From assembly GCA_039591795.1 (NCBI GenBank), contig JBDHCY010000025.1, positions 1-51,114 of the forward strand: a stretch of DNA of 51,114 bases, given 5' to 3'. Positions 1 through 11,629 of the stretch are shown here, one piece after another. The notes below the pieces were generated by a model. It was given only the letters and a program-made list of their open reading frames with translations. It was not told the DNA's origin and did not search any database. Origin of the DNA: Gemmatimonadota bacterium (lineage in GTDB: Bacteria > Gemmatimonadota > Gemmatimonadetes > Gemmatimonadales > GWC2-71-9). Each line of letters starts with the position of its first letter. Position 1 is the first letter of the stretch. The position numbers were made by a program, and so were the translations under genes.

Positions 1-1
1 G

Positions 2-1300
2 ACCGGGACCGTGCAACCGGTCGTCACGAGTCCGGGCGGCGATGGAGGTCCGCTGTGGTCACCCGACGGCAGCGAAGTCCTCTATTCCTCGAGTATGGGG
101 ATCCCCGTCTCCAACTTGCCGCGGGAGTTGGTCGTCGTTCCAGCGACCGGCGGAGAGAGGCGAGTGTTGACACAGGAGTGGGCCACCGAGCCGACCCCTG
201 TGGCGTGGATCGGAGACGACGTCTGGTTCGTTGCCGACGAGGGCATGCCGCGCGGTCTCTACCGCATGAACGTGAAAACGCGGGCGGTGACGCAGCGGAA
301 AAACCTGCATGAGTTCGTCCGCGGCGCGAGCCTCTCCGCGGACGGAGCGCGGCTCGCGATCCTCGCCGAATCCCACAGCACGCTGCCCGAGGTGTACCTC
401 GCCGACGCGTCGGGGGGGGAAGCGCGCCGGGTCACTGATGCCACCCGACGAGTAGAGGCATGGCCGCTGGGGACGCGAGAGGTCGTCGAGTGGCAGGCGA
501 GCGACGGATTGCGAATCGAGGGTGTGCTGGCCAAGCCGGACGGCTTCGATCCGACGCGCCAGTACCCACTCCTGGTCGTCGTCCACGGCGGCCCCCGTGC
601 CCTCGACCGGCCGCGCCTCGTCTACGGTGGCGCGTATCCGATCGAACGATGGCTCGCACGGGGCGCGCTGGTCTTACTGCCCAACTACCGCGGCTCGGCG
701 GGCTACGGACCGGACTTCAGGACCGCCCATCATCGCACGGCGGGCCCCGGCGACGCGATGGATGTCGAAGCGGGGGTCGATCATCTGATTCAGCTCGGCA
801 TCGTGGATCCCGAGCGCGTCGCGGTCATGGGGTGGAGCTATGGGGGGTTCGTCGCCGCGTGGCTCACTGCCACGAGCGACCGCTTCCGCGCGATTTCGGT
901 CGGCGCCGGGATTTCCGACTGGCGCACGCACTACGCCTGGGAGGCCGCCAACATCACGACCCGCGTGTTCACCTTCGGCACGACCCCATGGGAGGACCCC
1001 GAAACCTGGGCCGCTTCCTCACCGATCACTCACATCGCGGGCGCCCGCACGCCCACGTTAATTCAGCACATCGTTGGCGACCCCGTGGTCTCGATCCTGA
1101 GCGCGTACGAGCTCTACCAGGCGCTCGTGGACTTGGGCGTGGAGACCGAGCTCGTGCAGTTTCCCGGCGCGGGGCACTACCCCGGCAACCCGAAGAGCCA
1201 GCTGGCGTTGGTGTGGCAGAACTGGGAATGGTTCGCCCGGCATCTGTGGGGGCGACAGGAGACGCGAGACGAGGTCGTCGGTGAGGTGAACAAGCCCTAG
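2..1300 (+). CDS. S9 family peptidase (dipeptidyl/acylaminoacyl peptidase), 5'-truncated by window edge
   Basis: Frame is open from base 2. WSPDG propeller repeat, VVVHGGP, PNYRGS, nucleophile GWSYGG, candidate Asp (GDPVV) and His (GHYP). Confidence 0.9.
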   Translation, partial: TGTVQPVVTSPGGDGGPLWSPDGSEVLYSSSMGIPVSNLPRELVVVPATGGERRVLTQEWATEPTPVAWIGDDVWFVADEGMPRGLYRMNVKTRAVTQRKNLHEFVRGASLSADGARLAILAESHSTLPEVYLADASGGEARRVTDATRRVEAWPLGTREVVEWQASDGLRIEGVLAKPDGFDPTRQYPLLVVVHGGPRALDRPRLVYGGAYPIERWLARGALVLLPNYRGSAGYGPDFRTAHHRTAGPGDAMDVEAGVDHLIQLGIVDPERVAVMGWSYGGFVAAWLTATSDRFRAISVGAGISDWRTHYAWEAANITTRVFTFGTTPWEDPETWAASSPITHIAGARTPTLIQHIVGDPVVSILSAYELYQALVDLGVETELVQFPGAGHYPGNPKSQLALVWQNWEWFARHLWGRQETRDEVVGEVNKP

Positions 1301-1374
1301 GATGGCAAGAGCGCGCAGGCAGCCGCCCAGTCTGCTTACCTTGTTCCGGCCTTCGACCGGAGTGTGAAACCGCA

Positions 1375-4011
1375 GTGTCCGACCAACTCGACCGCCTCAC
1401 TGCCGCCCTCGCCGACCGCTACCGGATCGAGCGCGAGCTCGGGCAGGGCGGCATGGCGACCGTCTATCTCGCCGAGGACCTCAAGCACAAACGCAAGGTC
1501 GCGCTCAAGGTCCTGCGGCCCGAGCTCGCCGCGGTGCTCGGCGCCGAACGGTTCGTCCAGGAGATCACCACCACCGCGGCCCTCCAGCACCCGCACATTC
1601 TGCCGCTGTTCGACTCGGGCGAGGCGGATGGGTTCCTCTACTACGTCATGCCGTACATCGAGGGCGAGACACTGCGGGACAAGCTCAATCGCGAGATGCA
1701 ACTCGGCATCGACGAGGCGGTGAGGATCACCACCGAGGTGGCCGACGCGCTGGACTACGCCCATCGCCAGCACGTGATCCACCGGGACATCAAGCCGGAG
1801 AACATCCTGCTGCACGACGGCCGGCCGATGGTGGCCGACTTCGGGATCGCCTTGGCGGTGAGCGCAGCGGCGGGTGGTAGGATGACGGAGACGGGGCTCT
1901 CGCTCGGCACCCCGCACTACATGAGTCCCGAGCAGGCGACGGCGGAGAAGGAGATCACGGCACGGTCGGACGTGTACTCGTTGGGGAGTGTGTTGTATGA
2001 GATGCTAGCCGGAGCGCCGCCGCATGTTGGGGGCTCTGCGCAGCAGATCATCATGAAGATCGTCACGGAGGAAGCCGCGCCGGTCACCAAGGCCCGGAAG
2101 TCGGTGTCGCCCAACGTGGCGGCCGCCGTGGCGCAGGCGCTGGAGAAGCTGCCGGCTGATCGCTTCGCCTCGGCGGCCGACTTCGCGGCGGCTCTCGAGG
2201 GCCGGTTCGCAACACGTGCGGCCGCGCGAAACGCGCGAGCCGAGGCGGCGGAGCAGACACCGTGGCGCCGGATCGCCATCGCCACCGGCGGCGCAGCGAT
2301 CCTGTTCGCGACGGTCGCGGGCTGGGCTCTGCTCGCCGGAAGAGCCCGTGCGGGGGACGGAGAGCGCGTGGAGTTCGCCTTCCGATCGACTCTCGGGGCG
2401 AACGATCGACCGTACGTGAGTATCTCCCCTGACGGCCGCAGGATCGCTCACGCGGTCGAAGACTCCAGCGGGGTCAGGCGCATCGTCATTCGCGAACTCG
2501 GATCGACGGCGCTCACCGCGGTCCCGGGGTCCGAGGGCGCTCAGAATCCGATCTTCTCGCCGGATGGCGAATGGATCGTCTTCGATGCGGCTGGCAAGCT
2601 GCGCAGGATCCCGGCCGTGGGGGGGCCATCCACCGTGCTCGCGGATTCGGTCAACGGAAGCGCGGGATGGGGAGTGGATGCGACGATCCTCTATACGAAA
2701 TCCGGAGACGGGCTGTGGCGCGTCCCCGAGGCGGGGGGCACACCGGAGCGACTCACTTCGCTCGACACGGCGCGCCAGGAGTTCGCCCATTGGTATCCGC
2801 AGGCCCTGCCCGGGGGGAAGGCCGCCATCTACAACAGCTTCTCGACCCCGCTCGCCCGCTCGAGGATCGAAGCGGTGGAGTTCGCGACGGGTCGTAAGAC
2901 AGTGCTGATCGACGGCGCCCTGTTCGCGCGCTACGTACCGAGCGGCCATCTGCTGTACGTACAGAACGAGGCGATCTTCGCCGTGCCGTTCGATCCCGCG
3001 AAGCTGAGCGTCCTCGGACCCGCGGTGCCGGTGGTGAACGACGTTGCGGTGGAGACGACCAATGGTGTCGCGGGGTACGCCGTCTCGGAGACCGGGACCC
3101 TGGTGTATCTGAAGGGATCCGAGTGGAGAGTGCCTCGACGGGTCGTGTGGACGAACCGCGCCGGGATCGAACGGCTGCTCCTGCCGGACCCCGGCCTCTG
3201 GGCGGAGCCACGGCTCTCGCCGAACGGTCGGTGGCTCGCCGTCACCCGGATGGACCCGACGAGACAGATCTGGCTGTACGATCTGAGTCGGCAGGTCTTC
3301 ACGCAGCTGACCCGCAGCGCGGGCGTCTCCTTTAATGCGATCTGGATGCCGGACGGCCGGTCCGTGATCCACACCGTTGAATCACCAGTCTACGACCTCC
3401 AGAGTGCTCCGATCGACGGTAGCGCACCCGAACGGCTCGTCGTGAGCGACTTCGACAAGATGGCGTCGTCGGTCTCTCCAGATGGGCGAACCGTGGTGTA
3501 CCACGAGACCAGCGTTCAGGACCGTTTGATGTTTGCCCCGATCGCCGGCGGCGACCCGGTGCCGCTTGAAGATCGCCCGACCTCCCAGCGGAACGCCTCG
3601 TTCTCGCCCGACGGTCGGTGGCTCGCGTATGAAGAGCTCGGCGAGAACGGCACGCCGCAGGTATACGTCCGGGCGGGGAGCGAAGAGGAGCAGAGCGGGC
3701 GCCGACAGATCTCCGCCGATGGCGGCGACCAGCCGCGCTGGACGCGCACCGGACGGGAGATCGTCTACCGAAAGGGTGATGCGGTCCTCTCGGTCTCCTT
3801 CGAGCCCGCGACAGGTGAGGTCGGTACCCCCGTCCTCCTGTTTCGGAAGAGGGAAGCAGGGCGGCTCGGGGGCGGCCGCACGATCGGATACGATGTCACG
3901 CCGGACGGGTCACAGTTTCTCCTCGTGATTCCGATCGACCGCCCGGGCGCGCAGCCCACCGTCGTGGTCCTCAACTGGCTCGAGGAGCTGAAGCGAAGGG
4001 TGAAGCGATGA
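1375..4011 (+). CDS. Hanks-type Ser/Thr kinase - TM - PD40/TolB-like beta-propeller (kinase 1)
   Basis: LGQGGMATV, VALK, HRDIKPEN, DFG and GTPHYMSPEQ; hydrophobic segment IAIATGGAAILFATVAGWALL; repeated SPDG motifs; C-terminal VVLNWLEELKRR. Confidence 0.95.
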   Translation: MSDQLDRLTAALADRYRIERELGQGGMATVYLAEDLKHKRKVALKVLRPELAAVLGAERFVQEITTTAALQHPHILPLFDSGEADGFLYYVMPYIEGETLRDKLNREMQLGIDEAVRITTEVADALDYAHRQHVIHRDIKPENILLHDGRPMVADFGIALAVSAAAGGRMTETGLSLGTPHYMSPEQATAEKEITARSDVYSLGSVLYEMLAGAPPHVGGSAQQIIMKIVTEEAAPVTKARKSVSPNVAAAVAQALEKLPADRFASAADFAAALEGRFATRAAARNARAEAAEQTPWRRIAIATGGAAILFATVAGWALLAGRARAGDGERVEFAFRSTLGANDRPYVSISPDGRRIAHAVEDSSGVRRIVIRELGSTALTAVPGSEGAQNPIFSPDGEWIVFDAAGKLRRIPAVGGPSTVLADSVNGSAGWGVDATILYTKSGDGLWRVPEAGGTPERLTSLDTARQEFAHWYPQALPGGKAAIYNSFSTPLARSRIEAVEFATGRKTVLIDGALFARYVPSGHLLYVQNEAIFAVPFDPAKLSVLGPAVPVVNDVAVETTNGVAGYAVSETGTLVYLKGSEWRVPRRVVWTNRAGIERLLLPDPGLWAEPRLSPNGRWLAVTRMDPTRQIWLYDLSRQVFTQLTRSAGVSFNAIWMPDGRSVIHTVESPVYDLQSAPIDGSAPERLVVSDFDKMASSVSPDGRTVVYHETSVQDRLMFAPIAGGDPVPLEDRPTSQRNASFSPDGRWLAYEELGENGTPQVYVRAGSEEEQSGRRQISADGGDQPRWTRTGREIVYRKGDAVLSVSFEPATGEVGTPVLLFRKREAGRLGGGRTIGYDVTPDGSQFLLVIPIDRPGAQPTVVVLNWLEELKRRVKR

Positions 4012-4053
4012 GCGTGAGCTTGGAGCGCCAGGCGGCGCCCGTTCGCGACTCAA

Positions 4054-4070
4054 GCCGCGAGCAACGCGGC
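4054..4070. terminator. Short GC hairpin between convergent genes
   Basis: gccgcg-agcaa-cgcggc; no U-tract. Confidence 0.25.
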
Positions 4071-4111
4071 AAGCCTGGTCGGCCACTTCATGACCGCGAT
4101 CGCCGAACGCC

Positions 4112-5200
4112 TCACTGCACCCGCCGCAACGTCATGCTGAACCCGGGCTGCTCGACCGTCATGCTCTCCACGGCGCCGGTGTCGCTGATAGCGAACGTCA
4201 CGACGATGCGCTCCGGCGCTTCGTCGGTCCAGAACTCCGTTTCTGAAAACGGTGTGAATGTAGCCATGTCGTCCTTGTCGTCGCGGGGGGCCGCCTTCAG
4301 CACGCCACCGTCGCGCCAGACCTCCATGATCACGCCGGGTTGGATCTCGTAGTTGCCCACGAATCGGTCCAGCGCCTCGGGAGAGAGCTCGATGGCGGTC
4401 AGTTCCTCGCCAGCACGGGGTGGCTCCTGCGCCTCGGTGGCCTCGAGCTCCAAATAGAGTAGCCGCGTGTCGTAGGTGAGGTTCTCGGGAGGTTCCCAGC
4501 CTGCAAGGGCCGATGAAGGGATGTCGAACCTCGGAGTGATCTCGATGAAGTCGCGCTCGAAGCTCTGTCTGAGTGCGTACGCCTCGTCCCCGTAGGCGAC
4601 AGAATGGACCGCCGCGATGCGCAGCATCACGTGCCCGGCATCATTCTTCTCTCTGGTGCCGGTCATCGCTGCGACGATGGACGTCGAGTCTCCAAGCGCG
4701 TCATCAAGGCCCTCGACCAACCAGTTCCACGCCTCTTCTTCGTTCCACTCCGAGAATGACTCGGCCTCCTGCGACCTGCGAACCGTAGAGGCGAGGTCCG
4801 ACGACACGGCGGCGCCAGCCGCGAGGCCGAAGCTGAATCGTCCGCTCTGAAGGTGATACGAGTTACTGGCGCGCGGACTGCCGACGTTCACGATCACGTG
4901 CACGTAGAGAGGCTCGTCGAGCGGCATCGCGGCCTCCACCATGAGGTGCTGTCGCAATGCTACCACGAGCTCGTCCGACGTGGTGACACCCTCCACCGCT
5001 GCAGGGTCAAGCCGATAGCTTGCCACGAGGGTGTTGGGCGGAAACTGTTCTGGATTTGGCTCGGAGAACTTGATGGGCTCCTGAGCGCCTCCACAGGCGG
5101 GCACGCTCGCACTCGAGATCACGACCACGACGATCATCCATGGGAAGAACCTGGCCAAGGGGGCGGTCGGGGACGGTCGGCGCGTCTCGATCTCCGTCAT
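4112..5200 (-). CDS. Exported/lipoprotein-like hypothetical protein with C-terminal DUF3471-like domain
   Basis: ATG at 5200 has an AGGAG SD; hydrophobic stretch followed by VPAC; C-terminus LSPEALDRFVGNYE...PFSETEF resembles DUF3471. Confidence 0.7.
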   Translation of the reverse strand: MTEIETRRPSPTAPLARFFPWMIVVVVISSASVPACGGAQEPIKFSEPNPEQFPPNTLVASYRLDPAAVEGVTTSDELVVALRQHLMVEAAMPLDEPLYVHVIVNVGSPRASNSYHLQSGRFSFGLAAGAAVSSDLASTVRRSQEAESFSEWNEEEAWNWLVEGLDDALGDSTSIVAAMTGTREKNDAGHVMLRIAAVHSVAYGDEAYALRQSFERDFIEITPRFDIPSSALAGWEPPENLTYDTRLLYLELEATEAQEPPRAGEELTAIELSPEALDRFVGNYEIQPGVIMEVWRDGGVLKAAPRDDKDDMATFTPFSETEFWTDEAPERIVVTFAISDTGAVESMTVEQPGFSMTLRRVQ

Positions 5201-5533
5201 GGTGACGGCTCCTATCCGGAGGGTGAAACGGTGGCGCGACGGCGCGGGGCTGGACACGCGCACCTTGCCAGCCGCCGCCGCAAGTTGGATGCTCGGAGCA
5301 GTGGCGCAAGTGCGCGGCGGCGCTGCGGGTCCAAGACCCCGAGAATAGGAACAAGACAGACGAGGGAGGGACGTTCGAGCCCGCATTCGACAATCCCTCA
5401 GACCACCCGTAACTTCTCGTCCGACGGCCGCTAGTCCTGCGAGCGCTGTGGCTGATTACGTCGCTTCCATCCACGGCGCGCCATCCGCTGGCCGCTCGGA
5501 TCAGAGCGAGCCGCGTCAGATCGGGGGCTGAGA

Positions 5534-5875
5534 ATGATCCGGATCCAGGTCGTGCCGCGCCCAGGGGTGGACGCATGGCCGCTGCTACGGGCCAAGGTGC
5601 TGCACGAAGCCGCCACGTGGTACTGGTCCAACCGCGCGAAGAGTCGCCTGCGTCACCTCCAGTCCGACGGATACATCGAGGTCCGGCACGCCGGAGGCGT
5701 GGTGATCGCCGAGGTCGTCCCGAAAGACCGCCGCGACCTGTTCTATCTCGCCGAGAAGTTCATGGGCCGCCTCGTCGCGTGGTTCGAGGAGGAGCTGGCG
5801 GCCATCAACGTGCAGCTGTTGGATACCCCAAAGCCGGCCCCGCGCAAGCGGCGCACCGTGCGCAAGAAACGGTAG
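5534..5875 (+). CDS. Hypothetical protein (113 aa, basic C-terminal tail)
   Basis: Protein-like composition, GC3-rich codons, stop 5 nt before the sulfatase ATG. Confidence 0.7.
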   Translation: MIRIQVVPRPGVDAWPLLRAKVLHEAATWYWSNRAKSRLRHLQSDGYIEVRHAGGVVIAEVVPKDRRDLFYLAEKFMGRLVAWFEEELAAINVQLLDTPKPAPRKRRTVRKKR

Positions 5876-5880
5876 GGACC

Positions 5881-7473
5881 ATGGCGAGACGTAGCGGTTC
5901 GCGCGGGAGACCACGACCACCACTCCGCCTCTCCTACGGCGCCCTTTTGCTCGCGCTGGGGGCGGCATGCGCTCCCGAACCGCCTCCGAACATCATCTTC
6001 GTGTTCACGGACGATCACGCCACACAGGCCATCGGTGCCTACCGAGACCGACTGGCGACCCTCGACCCGACTCCGAACATCGATCGACTCGCGCGTGAAG
6101 GAATGATGTTCCACAGTGCGTTCGTGACTAACTCCATTTGCGCACCGAGTCGGGCTGTCATTCTCACCGGCCTCCACAGCCATCTGAACGGCGTGTACAC
6201 CAACGCTGAACGGTTCGATTCGTCGCAGATGACGTTTCCTCAGTTGTTGCAGCAAGCCGGGTATCAGACGGCGATCGTGGGCAAGTGGCACCTGAAGAGC
6301 GATCCCGTCGGCTTCGACTACTGGGAAGTCTTGCCCGGGCAGGGCGCCTACTACAACCCGGACTTCCGGACCGCGGGGGGGACGGCGCGCGACACGGGCT
6401 ACGTCACCGATCTCATCACGGACAAGGCGTTGGCATGGCTCGAGCGCCGCGACCGGTCACGTCCATTCATGATGATGTACCAGCACAAGGCACCGCATCG
6501 CGAGTGGTACCCTGGGCCGGACCACCTCACGAAATACGATGGCATCGCCATCCCCGAGCCGCCCACCCTGTTCGACGACTACGCCGGACGCACCTCAGCC
6601 GCCCGCCTGCAGGAGATGACGATTAGAGACCACATGCGGTTGTCGTACGATCTCAAGCTCTGGCCCAACGCCGGCGATCCGGAGGAGCCACTCATCGGCG
6701 GTGCGCAACGCTTGCGCGATCGGATGACCCCCGAACAGCTGACGGCATGGGACGGTGCCTACGGTCCCAAATCCTCGGCGTTCAATGCCAACCCGCCAAC
6801 CGGTGCCGACCTCGTTCGCTGGAAATATCAGCGCTACATGGAGGACTACCTCGGCAGTATCGCTTCCGTCGACGACAACCTCGGCCGGCTCCTGACCTAC
6901 CTGGACGAGAACGGGCTCACCGACAACACCGTGGTGGTCTACAGCTCCGACCAGGGGTTCTACCTGGGCGAGCACGGCTGGTACGACAAGCGGTGGATGT
7001 ACGAGGAGTCTCTGCGCACGCCGCTCATCGTCCGGTGGCCCAACCGAATCGCTGCAGGCTCGGAGAACACGGACCTCGTCCAAAACCTCGACTTCGCCCC
7101 CACCTTCCTGGAGCTGGCCGGCGTCGAACCACCATCGAACATGCAGGGAAGGAGCCTCGTCCCATTGCTCGGAGGGCCGCGACCGGCCGATTGGCGGGAC
7201 GCGATCTATTACCAGTACTTCGAGTTCCCGGGCGTGCACGCCGTGCAGCGTCACTACGGGGTGCGTACCGCACGGTACAAGCTCGTTCACTACTACTTGA
7301 TCGACGAGTGGGAACTGTTCGACCTCGAGCAGGACCCGAGCGAGTTGCGGTCGGTGTACGACGATCCGGAATATGGAACGATCCGAGCCGAGCTCGAGGA
7401 GCGGTTGGCTGCTCTCAGGGAGGAGGATCGGGTGCCGGACGAGGATCCGATCCCCTACGAACCTCCGTCGTGA
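5881..7473 (+). CDS. Sulfatase (Cys-type, lipoprotein; N-acetylglucosamine-6-sulfatase-like)
   Basis: [17 protein letters not shown] formylglycine motif, GKWHL, SDQG, HGWYDKR; signal ending GAAC. Real start taken as ATG 5881, not 5575. Confidence 0.92.
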   Translation: MARRSGSRGRPRPPLRLSYGALLLALGAACAPEPPPNIIFVFTDDHATQAIGAYRDRLATLDPTPNIDRLAREGMMFHSAFVTNSICAPSRAVILTGLHSHLNGVYTNAERFDSSQMTFPQLLQQAGYQTAIVGKWHLKSDPVGFDYWEVLPGQGAYYNPDFRTAGGTARDTGYVTDLITDKALAWLERRDRSRPFMMMYQHKAPHREWYPGPDHLTKYDGIAIPEPPTLFDDYAGRTSAARLQEMTIRDHMRLSYDLKLWPNAGDPEEPLIGGAQRLRDRMTPEQLTAWDGAYGPKSSAFNANPPTGADLVRWKYQRYMEDYLGSIASVDDNLGRLLTYLDENGLTDNTVVVYSSDQGFYLGEHGWYDKRWMYEESLRTPLIVRWPNRIAAGSENTDLVQNLDFAPTFLELAGVEPPSNMQGRSLVPLLGGPRPADWRDAIYYQYFEFPGVHAVQRHYGVRTARYKLVHYYLIDEWELFDLEQDPSELRSVYDDPEYGTIRAELEERLAALREEDRVPDEDPIPYEPPS

Positions 7474-8936
7474 CTCGCACCCGCCGGCTGATGCTACTGG
7501 CGGTCCTCACTTCGACCGCGCTTACGTGCACGCCACCGTCGTACGACGGTCCTCCAAACCTCGTGCTCATTCTCACCGACGATCAAGGATTCGCCGACGT
7601 CGGCGTGTACGGCGCTCAGGGGTTCGCCACGCCGAACATCGACCGTCTGGCGCGCGAGGGCATGCGCTTCACGAGCTTCTACGCGCCGAACGCCGCCTGT
7701 TCTCCGACACGCGCCGCCATCATGACAGGATCGTACGCTCCGCGGGTTGGCATCCCACATGTGTTGAATCCCCGCACGCGGCGAGGACTCAATCCTCAAG
7801 AGACGACCATCGCCGAGCTCCTTCGCGACCGCGGCTACGCCACGATTGCGGTCGGCAAGTGGCACCTCGGCGACCATCCCGAGTTCTTGCCCACGAATCA
7901 CGGATTCGACTCGTACTTCGGTATTCCCTATTCAAATGACATGAGTCCCGCGCCGGCCAACAACCCGCGGCAGGGCGCGAACCTCATGTATCCGGAGCTG
8001 CCCCTCATCCGCGACACCGTGGTGATCGAGCGCGAGCCCGATCAGCGGCAGCTGGTGCAACGGTACACCGGGGAGGTGATGGACTTTCTCGAGCGGAACG
8101 TCGATCGGCCCTTCTTCGTGTACTTGGCCCATTCATTCCCGCACGTGCCCCTGTGGGCCTCCGACCGATTCGCGGGAACCACCGAGCGCGGCCTGTATGG
8201 CGACGTCATCACGGAGATCGATTGGTCGGTAGGCGAGATCCTCGCGACGCTCGAGCGCCTCGACCTCGACGACCGAACGCTTGTGGCGTTCACCTCGGAC
8301 AACGGGCCGTGGCTGCTCTTGGGAAACCACGGTGGCTCCGCCGGTCCGTTTCGCGAAGGCAAAGCGACGACGTTCGAGGGAGGACACCGGGTGCCCGCCC
8401 TGTTCCGCTGGCCCGGGCACATCCCCGCGGGCCGCGTGACCGACCAGCTCGCAACCGGGTTGGATTTTCTGCCGACGTTTGCCCGGCTCGGGGGCGCGAC
8501 AGTTCCCGACGATCGCGTGATCGACGGATACGACATCTGGCCCATGCTGTCCGCAAGCTCCGAGGCATCCTCTCCCTACACCGAGTTCTTCTACTACCGT
8601 GGCGGACAGCTCCAGGCGGTGCGGAGCGGCAAGTGGAAGCTGCACGTGCCCCACGCCTATCCCACGCTCGACGGCGGCGAAGCGGGACATGATGGATCCG
8701 TCGGTCGCTATGCCCAAGGACGCATCGACATCGCCCTCTACGATCTCGAGGCCGACCCCGGCGAGCAGCTCGATGTCGCCCTCGATCACCGTGAGGTCGT
8801 GGAGCGCCTGATGACGCTGATCGAATGGGCCCGTAGAGACATCGGTGACGCTCTGACCGATACGGCAGGCGCCAACGCTCGTCCCGCTGGGCAGGTTGAC
8901 GCACCCTGGGAGGTGCAGGTGACGGAAGGCAACTAG
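7470..8936 (+). CDS. Sulfatase (arylsulfatase A-like, Cys-type)
   Basis: GTG overlaps the upstream TGA (GTGA); [37 protein letters not shown]. Confidence 0.92.
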   Translation: MTRTRRLMLLAVLTSTALTCTPPSYDGPPNLVLILTDDQGFADVGVYGAQGFATPNIDRLAREGMRFTSFYAPNAACSPTRAAIMTGSYAPRVGIPHVLNPRTRRGLNPQETTIAELLRDRGYATIAVGKWHLGDHPEFLPTNHGFDSYFGIPYSNDMSPAPANNPRQGANLMYPELPLIRDTVVIEREPDQRQLVQRYTGEVMDFLERNVDRPFFVYLAHSFPHVPLWASDRFAGTTERGLYGDVITEIDWSVGEILATLERLDLDDRTLVAFTSDNGPWLLLGNHGGSAGPFREGKATTFEGGHRVPALFRWPGHIPAGRVTDQLATGLDFLPTFARLGGATVPDDRVIDGYDIWPMLSASSEASSPYTEFFYYRGGQLQAVRSGKWKLHVPHAYPTLDGGEAGHDGSVGRYAQGRIDIALYDLEADPGEQLDVALDHREVVERLMTLIEWARRDIGDALTDTAGANARPAGQVDAPWEVQVTEGN

Positions 8937-11629
8937 TGCGGGGTCACGGGACGCTGCTGGCGACCGCAGTGCTCGGGGGCTTGTCTGCGTGTGCACCGAG
9001 CGCCACGAGCTTCCATTACTCCTTTCCCGATTCGACCGATCGTGTGTGGATCGGCCCCGAGTTCTACGCCAATCGCTTGCAGGACTGGCAGCTTCGTGAA
9101 GGTAGACTGGAAGCCGTGGAAGGCCGAAACGCCAAGCCCATGCGCACCGTGCATCTGCTCACGCATGTCTTGGACGAAGGCCCGGGCACGGTGTCGCTGC
9201 GCGTCAGGACCGGGCCGATCGAAGACGGGCCCGCTCACGAGGACACGTGGAGCGGGTTTCTCCTGGGTGTGGGCGGAGCACACGTCGACTTTCGCATCAG
9301 TGCGTTGAGCCACCACTGGCCGTCGACCGACGGCGGCCTGATCGTGGCCATCGATGGCATGGGCCGCATCGTCGTGCGCGACAATGCGGTCCACCAGGGG
9401 TATGCCGGCCCTGCCCCGGACATTCCCATCGATGCGTGGCCACTGCTGACGCCGAGTTCTGTCGAGTCGAGCGATGGACCCGCACCGGGAGCGCGCGGAT
9501 TGCTCGTGACGGCGACACCTCAGGGCGACGCGTATCGACTCACGGTGGAGCAATACGACGACACCGGCTCGTTGCTCGAGCGTGCGGTCTTCGATTCGAT
9601 TCCAGCGTCCCATCTCGACGGGAACGTCGCCCTGGTCTCGCACCGAAGCCCGAGCGGTGAGGGGCCCGGGTATTGGTTCGACGACATCGAGCTCTCGGGC
9701 ACGAAGCTCCGCAGCTATCCCCAGCGAGTGTTCGGTCCCATCATGGGTGCCTTCCACACGCTGAGCCGGGGCGTGCTCACCATGACCGCGCAGCTCGGCC
9801 CGCTCGGCGACGCCGACCCGCGCGCGGTGAGCCTCGAAGTGCGGCGTGACGGAGACTGGCGGGAAGTTGCGACTGCCGAGGTCCAACCCCTGAGTCACAC
9901 GGCCCATTTCCGGGTGACCGATTGGGCCAGCGATCAGCCCGTGGCGTACCGCGTCGTCTACCACATGCGGACGGGGCCGGGTTCGACCGAGCGACATGAG
10001 TATGTGGGCACGATTCGCCGGCCGCCCACCGAGAAGAACGAGCTCGTGGTCGCTGCGCTGAACTGTCATCACATCTCCGGCGGTGACGGGCAGTGGAACC
10101 ACGACCATTTCTGGTTTCCCCACAACGAGACCGTGCGGTCGATCGCCCACCACGATCCGGACATGCTCTTCTTCGCGGGCGATCAGATCTATGAGGGCGG
10201 GTTGGCCGGCGTCGTGCGAGAGCCGCTCGAGGAAGCGGTGCTCGACTACCTCTACCACTGGTATCGGTTCGTCTGGGCGTTCGGTGACCTGGCCCGTGAC
10301 GTCCCCACGGTCATGATTCCCGACGACCACGATGTCTATCACGGCAACGTCTGGGGCAACGCCGGGGTGCGAGAAGCCGGTGAGCACGCCATCCAGGACG
10401 CCGGTGGGTACCGCATGGATCCGGCGTGGGTAAATGCCGTCCATCGAACCCAGGTGGGCAACCTACCGCCACCGTTCGATCCCACCCCGATCGCGAACGA
10501 CATCTCGGTCTACTACACGCAAATCGAGTATGCGGGCTTGAGCCTCGCCGTCATCGCCGATCGGATGTTCAAGTCGCCGCCCTCGGTCGTCGTGCCGCGC
10601 GGTCGTGTGGTCAACGGATGGGCCCAGGACCCGGCCTTCGACGCGCGGCGCGAGGCGGACGTTTCAGGTGCCGTGCTCCTGGGCGAACGACAACTCGCCT
10701 TCCTCGACGCCTGGGTCGACGATTGGTCTGACGGCGCGTGGACGAAGGTGCTCCTGTCCCAGACCCTGTTTTCGAACGTCGCCACGATCCCCGACTCGGC
10801 CATGAGTGGCGCCGTCCTGCCGCGGATTCCCGTGGCGGGCTCCGAGGAGTACATCGAGGGAGACAAGCTCGCGGCCGACATGGATTCCAACGGATGGCCG
10901 CAGACCGGACGAAACCGTGCCCTGCGCACGATCCGTCGGGGATTCGTCTTTCACATCGCCGGCGATCAGCATCTCGGAAGCTTCGTGCAGTACGGAATCG
11001 ACGACTGGAACGACGCGGGCAACGCGTTTGTGGTCCCGTCGATCGCGAACATCTGGCCGCGGCGCTGGTTTCCTCCAATGTCAGGGGCGAATCGCGCGGA
11101 AGGTGCGCCGGCATACACAGGGGAGTTTCTCGATGGGTTCGGCAACAAGATGACGGTGCACGCCGTCGCCAACCCGCGCGTGTCCGGTGCGACCCCGGCC
11201 GCGTTATACGATCGGTCTCCGGGATACGGCATCGTCCGATTCAGGCGCGACGATCGAACCATCACCTCCGAAGCGTGGCCGCGTTGGGTCGACCCTGCGG
11301 CGGAAGGCGCCGGACAATTCCCCGGCTGGCCGATTACGATCTCCCTGGCCGACAACTACGGGCGGGATCCTGTCGCGTGGCTCCCGACCATCGAGGTCGA
11401 GGGGGTGGACGATCCCGTGGTCCAGGTCGGCGATGCGTCGGGTGAGACGCTGTACACGTTGCGGATCCGGGGGCACGCATTCCGGCCATGGGTCTTCGAT
11501 GCCACGGGGCGCTTCACCGTCGGCATCGGTGAGCAAAGCACGAACGCCTGGCAGCTCCTCACGAATCTAGAGCCCACCACGGAGGCGGACTCGGTCATCC
11601 GCGTGACGTTCGACAGCAACGATGAATAG
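8936..11629 (+). CDS. PhoD-like (alkaline phosphatase D family) metallophosphoesterase lipoprotein
   Basis: LSAC lipobox; metal motifs ALNC, GDQIYEG, PDDHDVYHGN and AGDQH. Confidence 0.8.
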   Translation: MRGHGTLLATAVLGGLSACAPSATSFHYSFPDSTDRVWIGPEFYANRLQDWQLREGRLEAVEGRNAKPMRTVHLLTHVLDEGPGTVSLRVRTGPIEDGPAHEDTWSGFLLGVGGAHVDFRISALSHHWPSTDGGLIVAIDGMGRIVVRDNAVHQGYAGPAPDIPIDAWPLLTPSSVESSDGPAPGARGLLVTATPQGDAYRLTVEQYDDTGSLLERAVFDSIPASHLDGNVALVSHRSPSGEGPGYWFDDIELSGTKLRSYPQRVFGPIMGAFHTLSRGVLTMTAQLGPLGDADPRAVSLEVRRDGDWREVATAEVQPLSHTAHFRVTDWASDQPVAYRVVYHMRTGPGSTERHEYVGTIRRPPTEKNELVVAALNCHHISGGDGQWNHDHFWFPHNETVRSIAHHDPDMLFFAGDQIYEGGLAGVVREPLEEAVLDYLYHWYRFVWAFGDLARDVPTVMIPDDHDVYHGNVWGNAGVREAGEHAIQDAGGYRMDPAWVNAVHRTQVGNLPPPFDPTPIANDISVYYTQIEYAGLSLAVIADRMFKSPPSVVVPRGRVVNGWAQDPAFDARREADVSGAVLLGERQLAFLDAWVDDWSDGAWTKVLLSQTLFSNVATIPDSAMSGAVLPRIPVAGSEEYIEGDKLAADMDSNGWPQTGRNRALRTIRRGFVFHIAGDQHLGSFVQYGIDDWNDAGNAFVVPSIANIWPRRWFPPMSGANRAEGAPAYTGEFLDGFGNKMTVHAVANPRVSGATPAALYDRSPGYGIVRFRRDDRTITSEAWPRWVDPAAEGAGQFPGWPITISLADNYGRDPVAWLPTIEVEGVDDPVVQVGDASGETLYTLRIRGHAFRPWVFDATGRFTVGIGEQSTNAWQLLTNLEPTTEADSVIRVTFDSNDE

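Noticed and set aside
5575-7469. Long N-terminal extensions in the ORF track (5575, 6747; likewise 12887, 22816, 28906, 36768, 42480) as fusions or overlapping genes
   Set aside because: The extensions are mostly Arg/Pro-rich shadow frames over neighbouring genes or non-coding gaps; signal peptides, SD sites, coupled junctions or paralog alignment define later starts.
2005-10444. Long antisense ORFs (e.g. 2005-3372, 8933-10444; also 16866-18188, 46388-47812)
   Set aside because: They mirror real genes, the usual artifact of GC3-rich codons, and have no recognisable motifs.
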